Positions 28,039-41,540 of a DNA stretch of 64,000 bases are shown in pieces. The notes under the pieces are model-generated. The model did not search any database and had not been told where the DNA came from. It saw only the letters and a list, made by a program, of their open reading frames with translations. Made by a program: the position numbers and the translations under genes. Within the stretch, counting starts at the first letter, position 1. Each line of letters begins with the position of its first letter. Origin of the DNA: Eledone cirrhosa (lineage: Eukaryota); the NCBI GenBank assembly GCA_964016885.1, contig OZ024745.1:35588001-35652000 (forward strand), read 5' to 3'.

Positions 28039-29850
28039 GTGATATATTTAAGGGATCCTTGAAAGTTATATAAATAGAACGTTTTCATTTGTCACGACAC
28101 CCAACCTTATCCAGCTAAAACACTCTTTTAGGTTTCATTATTAGGTTTCCTTTTGTATTTAGTGATATACATAACTAGTGTCTTCTTACAATACTACGTG
28201 ATTGTTATCAAGGAAAGCGGAGATGACGAAGATCTGTTAATGTGAAACAAATGCTACCTCGGGGATTTCATAGGAATATAAAGAATTTAGTTTCATTTCT
28301 ACGCCGTTTTCTTTGCTTTGTAATGCATTCATTTCTTTTATGGTTTCATGTGTGTTGAGTAGTGTTTTGATATGTAATAAGAATAAAATATTTCAATGTC
28401 ATTCTTATTCGCTCAACGGCTTTTCTTAATTTATTTCTAATTTTGTAGGCTTGCAAAAGGAAACGATTCTTTTTTTTTCTTTATTTTTCTAGAGTTGTAA
28501 GAGGAAGTCAGTCTGCAGAAAACGTTCATTACGTATCCTTAGTAAAAAAAAATAACGATTTTCTTGCGGTTTTATTCATTTTTATTCATTTTACAATAAC
28601 GTTAGTTTTATTTTAAGTTCGCTACCATTTAATTTGGCTCTATGAAAAAGTATGTTTCGTATATTTTCGTATCAAAGCGTTTGTATTGTTTTGTTATTTG
28701 CACTGAGGCTCATTTATTCCTTATTTTCCTATTTGTGAGTTTTACTTAAACGATATATTTTTTCTGTAATTAACGTGTATAATTAGTATAAATACTAGTT
28801 ATCCTTATTGGGATTATAAATCTTTGTTTTAATAGTGTCGGTGTTAGAGACAATGTTATTATCATCATCATCATCATCATCATCGTCATTATCATCATCA
28901 AAAACCTCATCATCAACATCCTCATTATCACTAATTTCTAGCAAATTGAAGGATATCTGATTTCTTTTTCTTGCAGATTAAGCTGCTACACCGAAGTACG
29001 TGATAACTCTTAAAGTAATTTGGGAGAAGTGGAATGCAAATTATATCGACTTAGTGCTTGAAAGGTGCATTATATTATCTACCACGTACTAAAGGTGACT
29101 TCGGCGGAATATGAAATGCGAGCGAAGTGAAATAATAAAATGATGAGCAAGGAAAAACAAACAACAGTAGATGTGAACTGTAAGGAACCTATGACAAATA
29201 ACGTAATGGAGCAACAGGCATGTAAAATTGCTGTGCATAAATGGAAAAACGAAACGTTAAAACACAGGAGATATTCAAATCTTTATTTGCGGATTTAAAC
29301 GAAAATGTAGTACAAAATTATGAAAACAATTGCATAGAAATAGTCAAAATAGCAAATTAAATAATTAGAAAAAGTGATTTGGAAAGAGCCGAATAGGAAA
29401 TATATAATGTATATGATATACATATTTAACGAATTGTAATTGGAAACACAGGCGGAATATAATTATGTGGAAATGTAGAAGCAATCACATGTGCACACAC
29501 ACTTACACACACTCAGAGATGCACATACACATACGACACATATATGTAGCTGCGACGAGGCGTGTAAAAGCCGCCTCTGCAATATAGACAAACACAATAC
29601 GCGTGTGCGCGCGCCTGACTGGCTCGGCACTTTCAGATCAATTAGTCTACTAACCCATTCCTCTTGCATTTTGACCCGTTTAGCCCCTTACCGACAAGAA
29701 TGTAATAAATGAAATACACGAAAATGAGCAGGACTATACCAGCCTCGCCACTCCCGGAGTAAAACAAAAAAGAAAGTCCAAAAAACTTTTAAGAGGTTTC
29801 TTTGATTTCTTTGATTTTTTGCTTTGATGTATGACTGTATACCCATATAT

Positions 29851-29955
29851 GGACTGTAGCCCTTGATAAGTTCAGCTAGATTCCCGCTGTTTGAATACCG
29901 GCGCTTTAGTTCGGATCTAGCTGTCGAAACGGCCGGAGATCAGCCGTAAGGGTCC
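29851..29955 (+). ncRNA. Extended type I hammerhead ribozyme, U3-A8 core
   Basis: GGAC-tgtag-CCC-TTGATAA-[GttCAGCTAGATTC...GGATCTAGCTGtC]-GAAA-CGGC cggagatca GCCG-TA-AGG-GTCC; bulged stem I with one mismatch next to the cleavage site. Confidence 0.7.
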
Positions 29956-30044
29956 TGAATATTTTCATATTACCCACTCAACTACCCAAATAACGAGTAC
30001 TCTGGTGGGTTATGGTCCACCTGGTATTTTACCTCACATTATCT

Positions 30045-30200
<156 letters not shown>

Positions 30201-31691
30201 TGTGTATGTATGAGAGTGCTTGTGTCTGTGTGCATAAACATCTGTTCAGAATATACAGATATTTCATAGTTGATATCCTCCTTGAAAAGTATATAGAGAC
30301 CTAGGTTAATAGTGTAAAGTAAAATCATTCCTCTACCCCAACATTATATCCATCAATCACTTTCGACTATATGCCTTCTTTCTCTCTCGCTTGTTTATCT
30401 TAATTTCTTCCTCTTTCTTTAATACAGGTCCCAATTGTATTTCAATAACTATTTATGCCATGAATCTGTCTATAGATATAACTATCTATTTCGTCTCCTT
30501 CTCTCTCTCTGCTCTCTTTCACCTCCCCATATATATATATATATATAGAGAGAGAGAGTGAGTGAGAGATAATAGATAGTGGATAGATATATAGAGATTG
30601 ATAAATAGATATAACGATAAGATTTTCTCATTTACTACGGTGTTTCTGCTTTCTGCTCTCTGCTTTCCCCTTTGTTGTCTTGTATCATGTATGTAAATCT
30701 CTATACAGTCGCGTCTTTGATCCTCTTTCAGCGTAGTCAATCTCCAGATAACGCTAATTGCATTGCCATCACGGTACAAAAGATACATTCCATTCAGCTG
30801 CTGTCTAACATTGCTAATCCAGTCAACTAAATGTTACACATTCTAAAAGCTTTGCAGATCATCGGTGATCTTTAACACACGCGTTGATCAAGGATATCTA
30901 CATATTTATGTAACGTATCATCAACAGAACGACATTGAACATGTTGTAGATATATTAGTGTAGTCATACATGTGAGTGGGAGAATATAGCAGGAGATAAA
31001 GACTACTCAATGAAAGGAGGGGTGACTGTGTTTGAGATGGACAGTGTGTTGGGTGTGTGTGTGTTTGTGCGTGTGACCCACAGAGTGTATATAATTGAGA
31101 GAGGAGTAGATTGAGTGTGTATGAAGGCGGTAGAGCGTATACGTGATGAGTTTTGTGAGAGTAGGAGTTAGAGTAAGAATGTGAGGCATGTGTGGCCGAG
31201 TAAGAAGAGTAATTGAGAGAAAGGGAATGAGAGAGAGATAATGTGTGCGAGAACTTGTGTGTCCGGGTGAGGATGAAACTTTGTGTGGGTGAGAAAGTAC
31301 AGGGAAGTAGGAAACATAATGACGGTAAAGAGGTTAAGAGATTTAAATAAATAAATGGGCAGATTGACAGGCAAGATGAATAGGAAGACAAAATAGATAA
31401 ACAGGCAGTCCTTTATTTGCATATCACTTTGTGAATATGACTACGGTATTTGTGTTGCAAATTTATTTTAAATGCTTCATCATTCAACTACATGTGTGTA
31501 TATGTTTGTCCCTTTAAATATATATGTATTTGTGTGAAAATGTAAATATTTACATACATGTAAATATTTACATACGTAAACCCATATCATTATAGATAGA
31601 TAGGTAGAAAGAAATAACTATAAATAGATCGATAAATAGGCAGATACATAAATAGATAGATAGTTAGATAGGTTGATATATATATATATAT

Positions 31692-31833
31692 ATAACGAAG
31701 GAAAAGTGGCAAGGAACCAGATGGACCATAACGCACCAAAGTACTCAATACTTAGAGTAGTAGAGTGGGTAATAGGAACGAGTAGGACCCCGACGACTGA
31801 GCTCAAGCCTTTTCGACGGCTAATTCTGGACTA
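31692..31833 (-). mobile_element. 5'-truncated HHR-family repeat carrying only the 3' half of the ribozyme
   Basis: Minus strand GAAA-AGGC ttgagctca GTCG-TC-GGGG; matches 55674-55802 and is related to 29915-30026. Confidence 0.7.
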
Positions 31834-32103
31834 AATATAGATAGATAGATAGTTTGATAGATAGATGTATAGATAGATACAGAATGAGGCAGAAAGGGAG
31901 ATTCTTAAACTATAAGCATTAGTTTGATAGAGAGTGCTGCAGAGAATGTAACAGAAGGGCTTCTGCAGGCATGTCAGTGTAATGAAAAATTTCGATCTTG
32001 ACTGAAGTGGTTCTGAGTTCGATCAGCCTTAGCATGCAACGCGATTCTGTTTTCTACTGTAACTCTGAGTTGACCAATAAATTTGGTCGACAGAACTTGT
32101 CTA

Positions 32104-32152
<49 letters not shown>

Positions 32153-32554
32153 TTGGCGGACTGGCGATGCTGCGAGGTTGCCCAATGGCAAGTGGGCCCC
32201 AGGGAGCCCACTGTAGTATGTTAGGGTCTAATGCTTTGCTTTAAAAAAATACCTGAAATCTAAGAGAAAGAATAAAATAAAAATAAATAAATAAAACAAT
32301 CAAGTAAAGCATTTGGTCAACCTAGGAGGGGGAGAATGAGGTCCAACAGAAATGTAACATGGATTGCAGGTTAAAATGTAGTCTAGATAGATGATAAACG
32401 AGGATGTAGTTTCTGGTACATCCAAATGATTTAGAAGTCGACCTTAAATAGGAGTAATAACATTAAGAAAGACATGAACGACACCAAACCACTTTGTTTT
32501 GAACATTTTGTAAGTAGGTTTATAAGTATGAATTTTCACAAAATTTTAGTAGTT

Positions 32555-32628
32555 GCCTCTGTTGCCTAGCGGTAGGTACTAGAGGTGGTGGAGATCCTGG
32601 CCTTGGGTTCAATCCTAGTCAAGAGGTA
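32555..32628 (+). pseudogene. tRNA-like sequence
   Basis: GCCTCT/AGAGGT acceptor, GCCT-AGCGGT-AGGT D arm, GGTTCAATCC B box, downstream T runs; no clean anticodon arm. Confidence 0.55.
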
Positions 32629-32698
32629 CGTGTAAACTTTTTCAGTTTTTCTTTTACAACCCATAGAAAAAAACTGAAAAGGTTTGCCGGGAACCTTA

Positions 32699-32769
32699 GT
32701 CCTCACTAGGATCGAACTTCAGACCACGATCGCCACCGTCAATGATTCCCCCAAGTAGGCCACCGAGAC
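32699..32769 (-). pseudogene. tRNA-like sequence
   Basis: Minus strand GTCTCGG-TGGCCTACTTGG (A box)...GTTCGATCC (B box)-TAGTGAGGAC, downstream T runs. Confidence 0.55.
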
Positions 32770-32931
32770 AGCTGTAAAAGAATAATGAAAATTGATAATT
32801 ATAAACCTACTTTCAAAATCTAAGTTAAAGATGTGGTGTCGTTCATGGCTTTCCTAGAGCTATTAGTAATATTTAGGGCCGTCTTAATACTGATATATAT
32901 ATATATATATATATATATACTCTATTGACTA

Positions 32932-33792
32932 GGGTGTGGTATGGTGTAGTCTGCTGTGGTGTGATATTAATTAGTATGGAGCGGTGTGATGTGTGTGGTT
33001 GTGGTGTGTTATAGTGAAGTGTGGTGTGGGGTGATGAGGTGCGGTGTGGTGTGGATTAGTGTGGAGTATTGTAGTGTAGCGTGGTGTAGTGTATTGTAGC
33101 GTGATGTGGTGTGATGTAGTTATGTGCGGTGAGAGGGGATGAGCTGTAGTGTGGTGTGGTGTGGTGTGGTGTGGTGTAGTAGTCTATAGTGTATGTAGTG
33201 TGGTGAGGTTTCAGGGTGTGTGGTGGAGTGTGTTTTAATGTGTTATAGTGCGGTGTACTGTAATTTAGTGTGGTGCTGTGTGGTGTTATGTGGTGTAGTA
33301 TAGTCTGATGTAGCAGTGTGTGGTATAGCGCGCTGTGGTGTGGTGTGCTGTATTTGGTGTAGTGAAGTGTGGTGCGGTGTATTGTGGTATGATGCATCGC
33401 GGAGTGGTTAGATGTAGCGTGGGGTGGTACAGTGACGTGGGGTGTAGTTGAATGCGTAGGGCAGTGGGGCGTGGTATTTGGTGCTTGGGTGTATTGTGGA
33501 GTGGTTTGGTGTGGCGTGGTGTGGTGTGGTGTCTGTGTGGTTTGGTTGAATCTGATGGTGTATGGGGTAGTGTGTTGTGGTGGAGTTTGAGTGGTGTTGA
33601 TTGGTGCGGGGTGGGTGGGTGGGGTGCTGTCCCGTAGTTTAGTGTAGTGGGCTGTAGTGTAGTATGATGTAGTGTGATGTAGTGAGATGTATTGGTGTGG
33701 AGTGGGTGTGGTGTAGGATAGTGTGGTGGTAGTGTGAGGTAGTGTGATGTGGTCTGGTGAGGTGGGGTTTGGAGGGGTTAGGTGGGGTGTGG
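32932..33792. repeat. Degenerate (GTGTG/GTGTA)n pentamer tract
   Basis: Directly visible. Confidence 0.9.
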
Positions 33793-34621
33793 TAACCGAA
33801 CTTATATTCTTTCTGTTTATTTAGGCATAGTCCGAATTAATAACCTATTAGATGACTAATTGGAGTTATCCCCCTTTTGTTTACCACTTTCACGCCGCGT
33901 CATTTGTTTGACTACTAAAACGTCACCAAATGATGGGCACTTAGCTGAGTGGCACTAAATAGTAGCAAGTTATTTTGAGCCAGAATTAATTTACGTGGTA
34001 CGTAGGCTGTATTTCTATTTCTTATTTTTATTTTTGTATGTATTCTCTTAATGTCTGAATATATTGAGTTTGACCCTACCTAGAAAGCATGCTAAGGTAT
34101 TTGGTGGATTTAATGACTTGGGCACTGGAGTTGTTTTTCTTTTTCTGTTTTTATTTAGATTGGTTAGCCATGCGGATTGCCGCCACTGTTGCCAGAAATT
34201 GTATTGACATGTTCGGGACCTAATGGTGTGTGGAGACTTAGTTGGAACTGATTCTTGAACAATGTTTAATGTACGGCCGGTGACCTTCTACACAGAGTGG
34301 TTATTTGTTGCATTAACTTTGCATGGAATTGCATGAGTTTAGATGTGATTGTTACGTTTAATTAATATCCTATTACTTCTGTTTAACCAGAGGATATTTT
34401 GTGAAATATGTAACCAATTAATCTAGCCTGTGTTACTAATATACATGAGTAAGAACTTTGACGGTTATATTGCAGCAACTAATATAATTAGATTGCTTCA
34501 GCTATATCGTACAATAACCCTAATCTGTATATACTTAGCTTATTTTTATGCTGTGATTGTCTTCTTACTTGTATTACCCAGCCCTACCATATAATAACCA
34601 TATTGGACTTGTGTAAGGCTT

Positions 34622-34741
34622 GTGCTTTTGTGATACCGTCCTATATACTTGTGAGTACCCAGTGCTTTTGTGATAATGTCCTATATACTTGTGAGCACCC
34701 AGTGCTTTTGTGATACCGTCCGATATACTTGTGAGCACCCA
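34622..34741. repeat. Minisatellite, 3 x 40 bp
   Basis: GTGCTTTTGTGATACCGTCCTATATACTTGTGAG(T/C)ACCCA repeated three times. Confidence 0.92.
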
Positions 34742-34917
34742 TTGGCCACCTAGTTCGGGTACCTACCAATATACCTTGTGTATCTATATCATGGAGGTGA
34801 TTCGGATTGCTGTGGTCTTTTGGGATTGTACCCCTAAATCCTTTTAACTTTTAATTTTATTATATCATTATATTATTTTATTATCTTATTATCTTTTATT
34901 ATTTTAGTATTTCATAA

Positions 34918-35111
34918 AGCGGTGGATTGGCAGTATCGGTAGAGGATCGTACTCCATGCTTTGAAGTATAGAGTTACCTCCCTGTATGATCTGAGTTCAA
35001 ATCCCGCCGAGGTTAACTTTGCCTTTCATCCTTACGGGGTCGATAAAATAAAGTACCAGTAATGCCCTGGATAAATTGCTGGCCTTGTGCCAAAAAGTAG
35101 AAACAATTATT
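34918..35111 (+). mobile_element. SINE A with 18 bp TSD
   Basis: ATTATTTTAGTATTTCAT at 34898-34915 and 35106-35123. Confidence 0.92.
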
Positions 35112-35534
35112 TTAGTATTTCATTATTTTATTTTATCTTTATTTCTATATATTTTTTTATTTTATTATTATTTTTAATTATATTTTATTAATTTTTTCAT
35201 TATATTTTATTAATTTTTACCTTATTTTATTTTATTTTACTTTATTATCTTTACTACTTTTATTTTTATATTTATTATTAATTTATTATAATTTATATCA
35301 TGTCTGTATTGTTTGTATTTTTTGTAATTTTTATGTATTTTTTCATGCTTTTGCATTGTTTTGTGTGCCATCTATTATATTTTCATCTTGTTGAATACGC
35401 TTTGCCTTGGCAGTGATGCTTAACAACCCCAGCATACACCTCTTCTTTCGCCATCTCCAATCTCCCTTTCTTTATTCTGATTGTTCGTGTGACTAGGTTA
35501 TTGTGGAGCTTATACTCAACACTGTATTTTTTAG

Positions 35535-35579
35535 GCTCTGAGGATACCTGCCAAGAGGTGAGGATGAAACATTGTAAGT
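35535..35579 (+). ncRNA. Degenerate hammerhead-like motif
   Basis: GCT-CTGAGGA-[TACCT gccaag AGGTG aggat]-GAAA-CATTG-TA-AGT then AATAAA; stem II is out of register. Confidence 0.45.
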
Positions 35580-35643
35580 GAATAAAGACTGTTTGAGTAT
35601 GTAAGCGTTCTTTGGTTTCTTTTGCATATATATATATATACAT

Positions 35644-37240
35644 ATTAGAAAGTGAGTTTTTTTTTACAAAATGAAAAATAACCGAGGTGTCCTACACGAG
35701 TGAAAGTATAAGGAAAAAAGATGAAATCGAAAATGCAACTGGAGTCTTATTTAAAAAAAAATATATATATTTATTTGGTTCGCAGTTCTTCTGCTTTTCA
35801 AAAGTAGAGTTGAGATGGAGGGTCTGTGGTTTTTCTCACATCTGGTTGGTCTCTGAATGTTACTTGTTTTATATGGAAAAAAGTGGCTCGAAATGCCAGG
35901 TTTTTAGAGAAGTAATTTGATTGGTTGGTCAATAATTATAATAAATTTCGCGCCAGTTCGCGTTACAAAGTTCTTCAAACGGGGGGGGGGGGGGGGGGGG
36001 CGGCTCAGGTTGTTTTTTTCATGTATGAGTGTTTGAATTTCTTTTTACTTAAAAAAAGGGGCTCACGAAGCCTTTTTATTTTAATAAACGTAATTTGATT
36101 GGTTATAAATGAAATTATGGCCGTCACGTGAACAAGTTTTCATTAAATTTCGCGCCCTTATTTGGAAATCTATTCTGTATTAATTTTAGAGAATTTTATG
36201 ACAAGCAAAAGATAATGGTCAAGAGAAATGGGATGGGAGAATTGTTCTGGTTCAGTGAATATGGTTAGTTCGCTGGGGTGTCAGAATTCAGATTTTCTAT
36301 TGAAATAAAGAAAGTAAAGATATGCATGTTTATTTGTGTGCATGTGTGAGTGTGTGTGTATGTGTGTGTGTTGTATGTGTGTGTTTGAATTTCTTTTTAC
36401 TTAAAAAAAGGGGCTCACGAAGCCTTTTTATTTTAATAAACGCAATTTGATTGGTTATAAATGAAATTAATGCCGTCACGTGAACAAGTTTTCATTAAAT
36501 TCGCGCCCTTATTTGGAAATCTATTCTGTAGCAATTTTAGAGAATTTTATGACAAGCAAAAGATAATGGTCAAGAGAAATGCGATGGGAGAATTGTTCTG
36601 GTTCAGTGAATATGGTTAGTTCGCTGGGGTGTAAGAATTCAGATTTTCTATTGAAATAAAGAAAGTAAAGATATGTATGTTTATTTGTGTGCTTGTGTGT
36701 TGTGTGTGTGTGTTTGAATTTCTTTTTACTTAAAAAAGGGGCCCACACAGGCTTTTCTTTAATAAACGTAATTTGATTGGTTATAAATGAAATTATGGCT
36801 GTCACGTGAACAAGTTTTCATTAAATTCGCGCCCTTATTTGGAAATCTATTCTGTAGCCTTTTTAGAGAATTTTATGACAAGCCAAAGATAATGGTCAAG
36901 AAAAATGGGATGGGAGAATTGTTCTGGTTAGTTCGCTGGGGTGTCAGAATTCAGATTTTCTATTAAAATAAAGAAAGTAAAGATATGTATGTTTATTTGT
37001 GTACTTGTGTGTGTGTGTGTGTGTGACCAACCAATCAAATTACTTCTCTAAAAACCTGGCATTTCGAACCACTTTTTTCCATATAAAACAAGTAACATTC
37101 AGAGACCACAGACCTTCCATCTCAACTCTACTTTTGAAAAGCAGAAGAACTGCGAAACCGGTAAAGGAACCAAATAAATATATATATATTTTTAAAAATA
37201 AGACTCCAGTTGAATTTTCGATTTCATCTTTTTTTCTTTA
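35644..37240 (-). mobile_element. Non-autonomous PLE terminal-repeat element (family F) with internal tandem units and an inverted 5' arm
   Basis: Reverse complement of 54530-55135; three tandem units start at 36031, 36383 and 36712; plus-strand arm 37024-37240; (TA)n on both sides. Confidence 0.85.
37131..37166 (+). ncRNA. Minimal hammerhead ribozyme, U3-A8 core (family F)
   Basis: CTT-TTGAAAA-GCAG aagaa CTGC-GAAA-CCGG-TA-AAG. Confidence 0.75.
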
Positions 37241-37335
37241 TATATATATATATATATATATATTGATACTGATATATATCAATATTAATCGTAAATAAAA
37301 GACCAAAATACGGAACGGACTCGATAAGGGATGTC

Positions 37336-37403
<68 letters not shown>

Positions 37404-38459
37404 GGGGGGGGAGCGCCTGTCTGTCTGTGTGTGTGTCAGTGTTTGTATAAATACCTTTATTCGATTACAAATATTTATCATTTTTTTTTCAATTTACAGA
37501 GGAACGTGTCTATTTGGCCCATTTACAAGTCTTTATGCAAAACAAATATGTAAATTTATACACACATTTATGCAGTGTCGGTTACCTCAGTTCTGTATAT
37601 ATACAAATAAAATATTATCACGCAACTTTATATAGATCCTAAATAACCAGGAATATAATAATACCAAAATTAGTACGTTCATTTTAGGATATAACTATAA
37701 AGAGAGGATATATAAGCACTTCAATTAAATAATACCTTTTAGTTTTTTAAATGGTCTACATATCTTCCGATAAAAGCCAAACTAGTCTGAAATGTAATTA
37801 AAAGTGTCATTTATCTTTGGTTTTTCCAATCTAGAAACAAATACTTATATTTGGCTTGCTAATGTATGTATGTACTAATCATTTATGAAATCATATACAG
37901 TTTCTGTTATTTCTAATCTGTATATTTATATATATATATATATAACAACATTATATACTTTGGCTGCTAATCTCCCAAATTGTATGTATATATAAAGAAG
38001 AAATATAGACATAGATGCAATCTAGTAGAAGAATAAGCGCATAAACGTATTTTGTGGAGGGAATTGCGTGTTTATTTAGTCAGATATATACAGAAAAGAA
38101 TGGACGTCACCTCAGCACATGCACAATGCTGAAAATCAAATACTACAGCTGTCATGATTAAGTCAAGAAAGATTATTAATTCCGATTTAAATTTTAACGA
38201 AAACATTTAACAATCTCATCATTATCAGAATGTCTTTGCAATAGGTGCTTGAAATAAACATATGGGAATTTCTCTGAAATAATTAACAGAAAAAGGAAGA
38301 AATCAATTCAAGCCACATGATTTGGAAGAATGACTCATTAAAAGCAAAGAATAAATGATGGGAAGTAGGAATATGGCGAGCAAATGTTTGTTAAATGGAT
38401 TCCCAAGGATAGATTCGTACGTTGCGAATGCCTACTGCGGGTAAAATAAAATGGCATGC

Positions 38460-38507
<48 letters not shown>

Positions 38508-38511
<4 letters not shown>

Positions 38512-39397
38512 ACAGGGAGAAGCAGACGATTATTAGGAAGAAAAATATATTTGTTTCCCTTTTTATTTATTTCTCTCTTTTTTTCTGGGTTAGAAAATTA
38601 TTAAAACGAAATATTTTACTTTGTGTGAAGTGTTAAGGTATTAGTTGATTTATTTATTAATTAACAATGGCATTTATTTATCCATTTATATATTTCATAA
38701 TTGTCTATTACCGGCTTCAGCATTTTTATGCATTATCAAATGATAGTGATATGTATTGGTGTAGAATGGTGGTGTTGCACATGTTAAAGAAATGGTGCAG
38801 AAAGAATAATGTTATTTACAAACAAGGTTTATGAAGTGAAAAGAAAAAAAGAAAAAAGAAAAAAAAGCGGGGGGAGGGGGGAGGGGTAATGTGGAGCATA
38901 AAAGGTCAATGTGAAAGAAAAAAATAATGTTATTTACAGGCATAGTTCTTGAAGTTAAGCAGATCAAAATGTGTTAATATAGCAAGGGTGCTTAGTTGAT
39001 CCATGATGGAGGCAAATGGTAGACTGGGGCTTGATATGATTTCCCTTTTTAGAGAGTTAATATGCAAGGGGAGGCAATTCATGCTGGATGATATTTAATT
39101 TATTTAAGAAAAAGTATTAGGTAGGGTGTGAGGGAGGTAACTCTTATAAATGTTTGATTGTTTGTTCCTGTTTTAGTTTGGTCCGAAGTTTAGTGCATTA
39201 AGTAGAGGTTGGAATTTATTAATGAAACATGTTTCCTTATTGGTACGATGGATGAAAGTAGCGTTGTCTATGAATTTGTAAATGATTTCCTGGATGAGTT
39301 CCTGGATGTCGACTTTTAGGGCACGTTGGAATCCATTGTTGATTAGGGTTGGTGGGTAGTTTCTGCTGATAAGTGTGGTTTTTAATTCTTCTAGTCT
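38508..39397 (-). mobile_element. Internally deleted Penelope-like element
   Basis: 39397-39173 reads RLEELKTTLISRNYPPTLINNGFQRALKVDIQEL fused in frame to IYKF..HRTNKETCFINKFQPLLN..*, homologous to two separated parts of the 53063-54007 ORF; (TA)n flanks. Confidence 0.85.
38705..38746 (-). ncRNA. Decayed hammerhead, U3-A8 core
   Basis: Minus strand AT-TTGATAA-tGCAT aaaa ATGCt-GAAG-CCGG-TA-AT; GAAA has mutated to GAAG; lies in the PLE 3' region. Confidence 0.6.
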
Positions 39398-39627
39398 ATA
39401 TATATATATATATATATTTATATATGAGAAAAGAGAAGTGAGATTCTATACAAAATAGTGGGTATAGAGAAAAAGATAAAGTTCAAATAGCACGGGAGAT
39501 ATGCTTAAGGGTCTGTTTTTCTTTTTTGATTCGTCAAAGTGACATTATTGAAAAGATAGTGTTATTAAAAAAAGAGGGACAATTCTTTTTTGAAAATTTT
39601 TTTATCGAGTATATAAAGTGTATGGAA

Positions 39628-39670
39628 AAATTACCGGTTTCGATGTATTAAAATTCATCTTGTCAAATTC
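39628..39670 (-). ncRNA. Minimal hammerhead ribozyme, U3-A8 core
   Basis: Minus strand GAAT-TTGACAA-GATG aattttaata CATC-GAAA-CCGG-TA-ATTT; core and all stems intact. Confidence 0.8.
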
Positions 39671-39957
39671 AGTGAAAAAAGTTAATTATAAAGGGAGGAA
39701 AAAAAGTGTTTAAAATAAAAATAAAAATTAAAATAAAAAACGAATGTTAGAGCAAAATTTCTTCCATCATGCCTATTGGTCAATAGTTCAAAAGGGGGTA
39801 GGGGGATGGAGGAGCTGACTGCTGCTGTAGGAGCTGACTACTATGGTAGGTTGGTAGGTGTACATACCCAACATATCTCCCGTGCTATTTCCAACTTCAT
39901 CTTTTCTCTCTCTCTCTCTCTTTATTTTATATATATATATATATGTTATATATATAT

Positions 39958-40005
39958 GTATGCAGATTGGAGCACTCGACGAAGTGCGCAGGTTGGTTTG
40001 GTTAC
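39958..40005 (-). repeat. 3' fragment of the HHR-bearing family at 5045-5250
   Basis: GTATGCAGATTGGAGCACTCGACGAAGTGCGCAGGTTGGTTTGGTTACT is the near-identical reverse complement of 5167-5215. Confidence 0.85.
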
Positions 40006-40015
40006 TTATTTATTT

Positions 40016-40140
<125 letters not shown>

Positions 40141-40450
40141 AGTGAAAATTAGTAATATCGAAGCTTTGGCTGCGGCGAAGCAAAGCTACCTACAATTAGG
40201 AATGAGTAGCAAAGCACTCAATAAAGTAGGGCCTTAGAGAAATAACATACGTTTAGACAGCTTGACAAATTGAAAACTGCGGCAGGAAAAACCCACCCAT
40301 ACAATACCTAAACAACGAAAAAACTAATCAGGTTAGACAACAGACCTGGACAAATCGAACGATTTTCTGTAATACGTCCGATATGTTTCTATGAATTCGA
40401 AATCATCCATACAACTTACGTAACATGTAAGCTTGTGGTATTCTATGATC

Positions 40451-41239
<789 letters not shown>

Positions 41240-41265
41240 AATATATATATATAGTAATAATAATA

Positions 41266-41520
41266 AATTTGAAGACTAAAATCCAAAGAGAGCTCGATAA
41301 GGATAAATATATATCAAATATATAAGAACCGCAGAGCAAATATTTATTTAAATAACAGATTAAAGTTTAAGCAAAGAATCGCTGTTTTCGCCCTTAACGG
41401 GATCTTCTGAAACTAACAAAGTCAATCTGTAAACGCAGAACTGGATATTTCAAAAAACGTTGCAACCGGAGGAAGACAGGAAGACGATACTTTGGTTCGT
41501 GGAAACGTTCGCTGGCTAAG
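41266..41520 (-). repeat. Dispersed repeat sharing segments with 22864-22980, 52772-52847 and 55250-55322
   Basis: Shares GAAGACTAAAATCCAAAGAG and AAATAACAGATTAAAGTTTAAGC. Confidence 0.75.
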
Positions 41521-41540
41521 AACGGGAAAAAAAACGAATA

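Larger units (their letters stand above)
32437..32883. mobile_element. Imperfect ~450 bp palindrome containing two convergent tRNA-like units
   Basis: CATGAACGACACCA / TGGTGTCGTTCATG, AAGTAGGTTTATAA / TTATAAACCTACTT and TTTTCAGTTTTT / AAAAACTGAAAA pair across the centre. Confidence 0.75.

Noticed and set aside
29000-29115. Very degenerate SINE A-like traces (also near 48300, 56500-56650, 58250, 61600 and 63950)
   Set aside because: Boundaries cannot be defined by eye
34622-34741. Regular repeats as a CRISPR array
   Set aside because: Contiguous tandem units with no unique spacers, eukaryotic context, no cas genes
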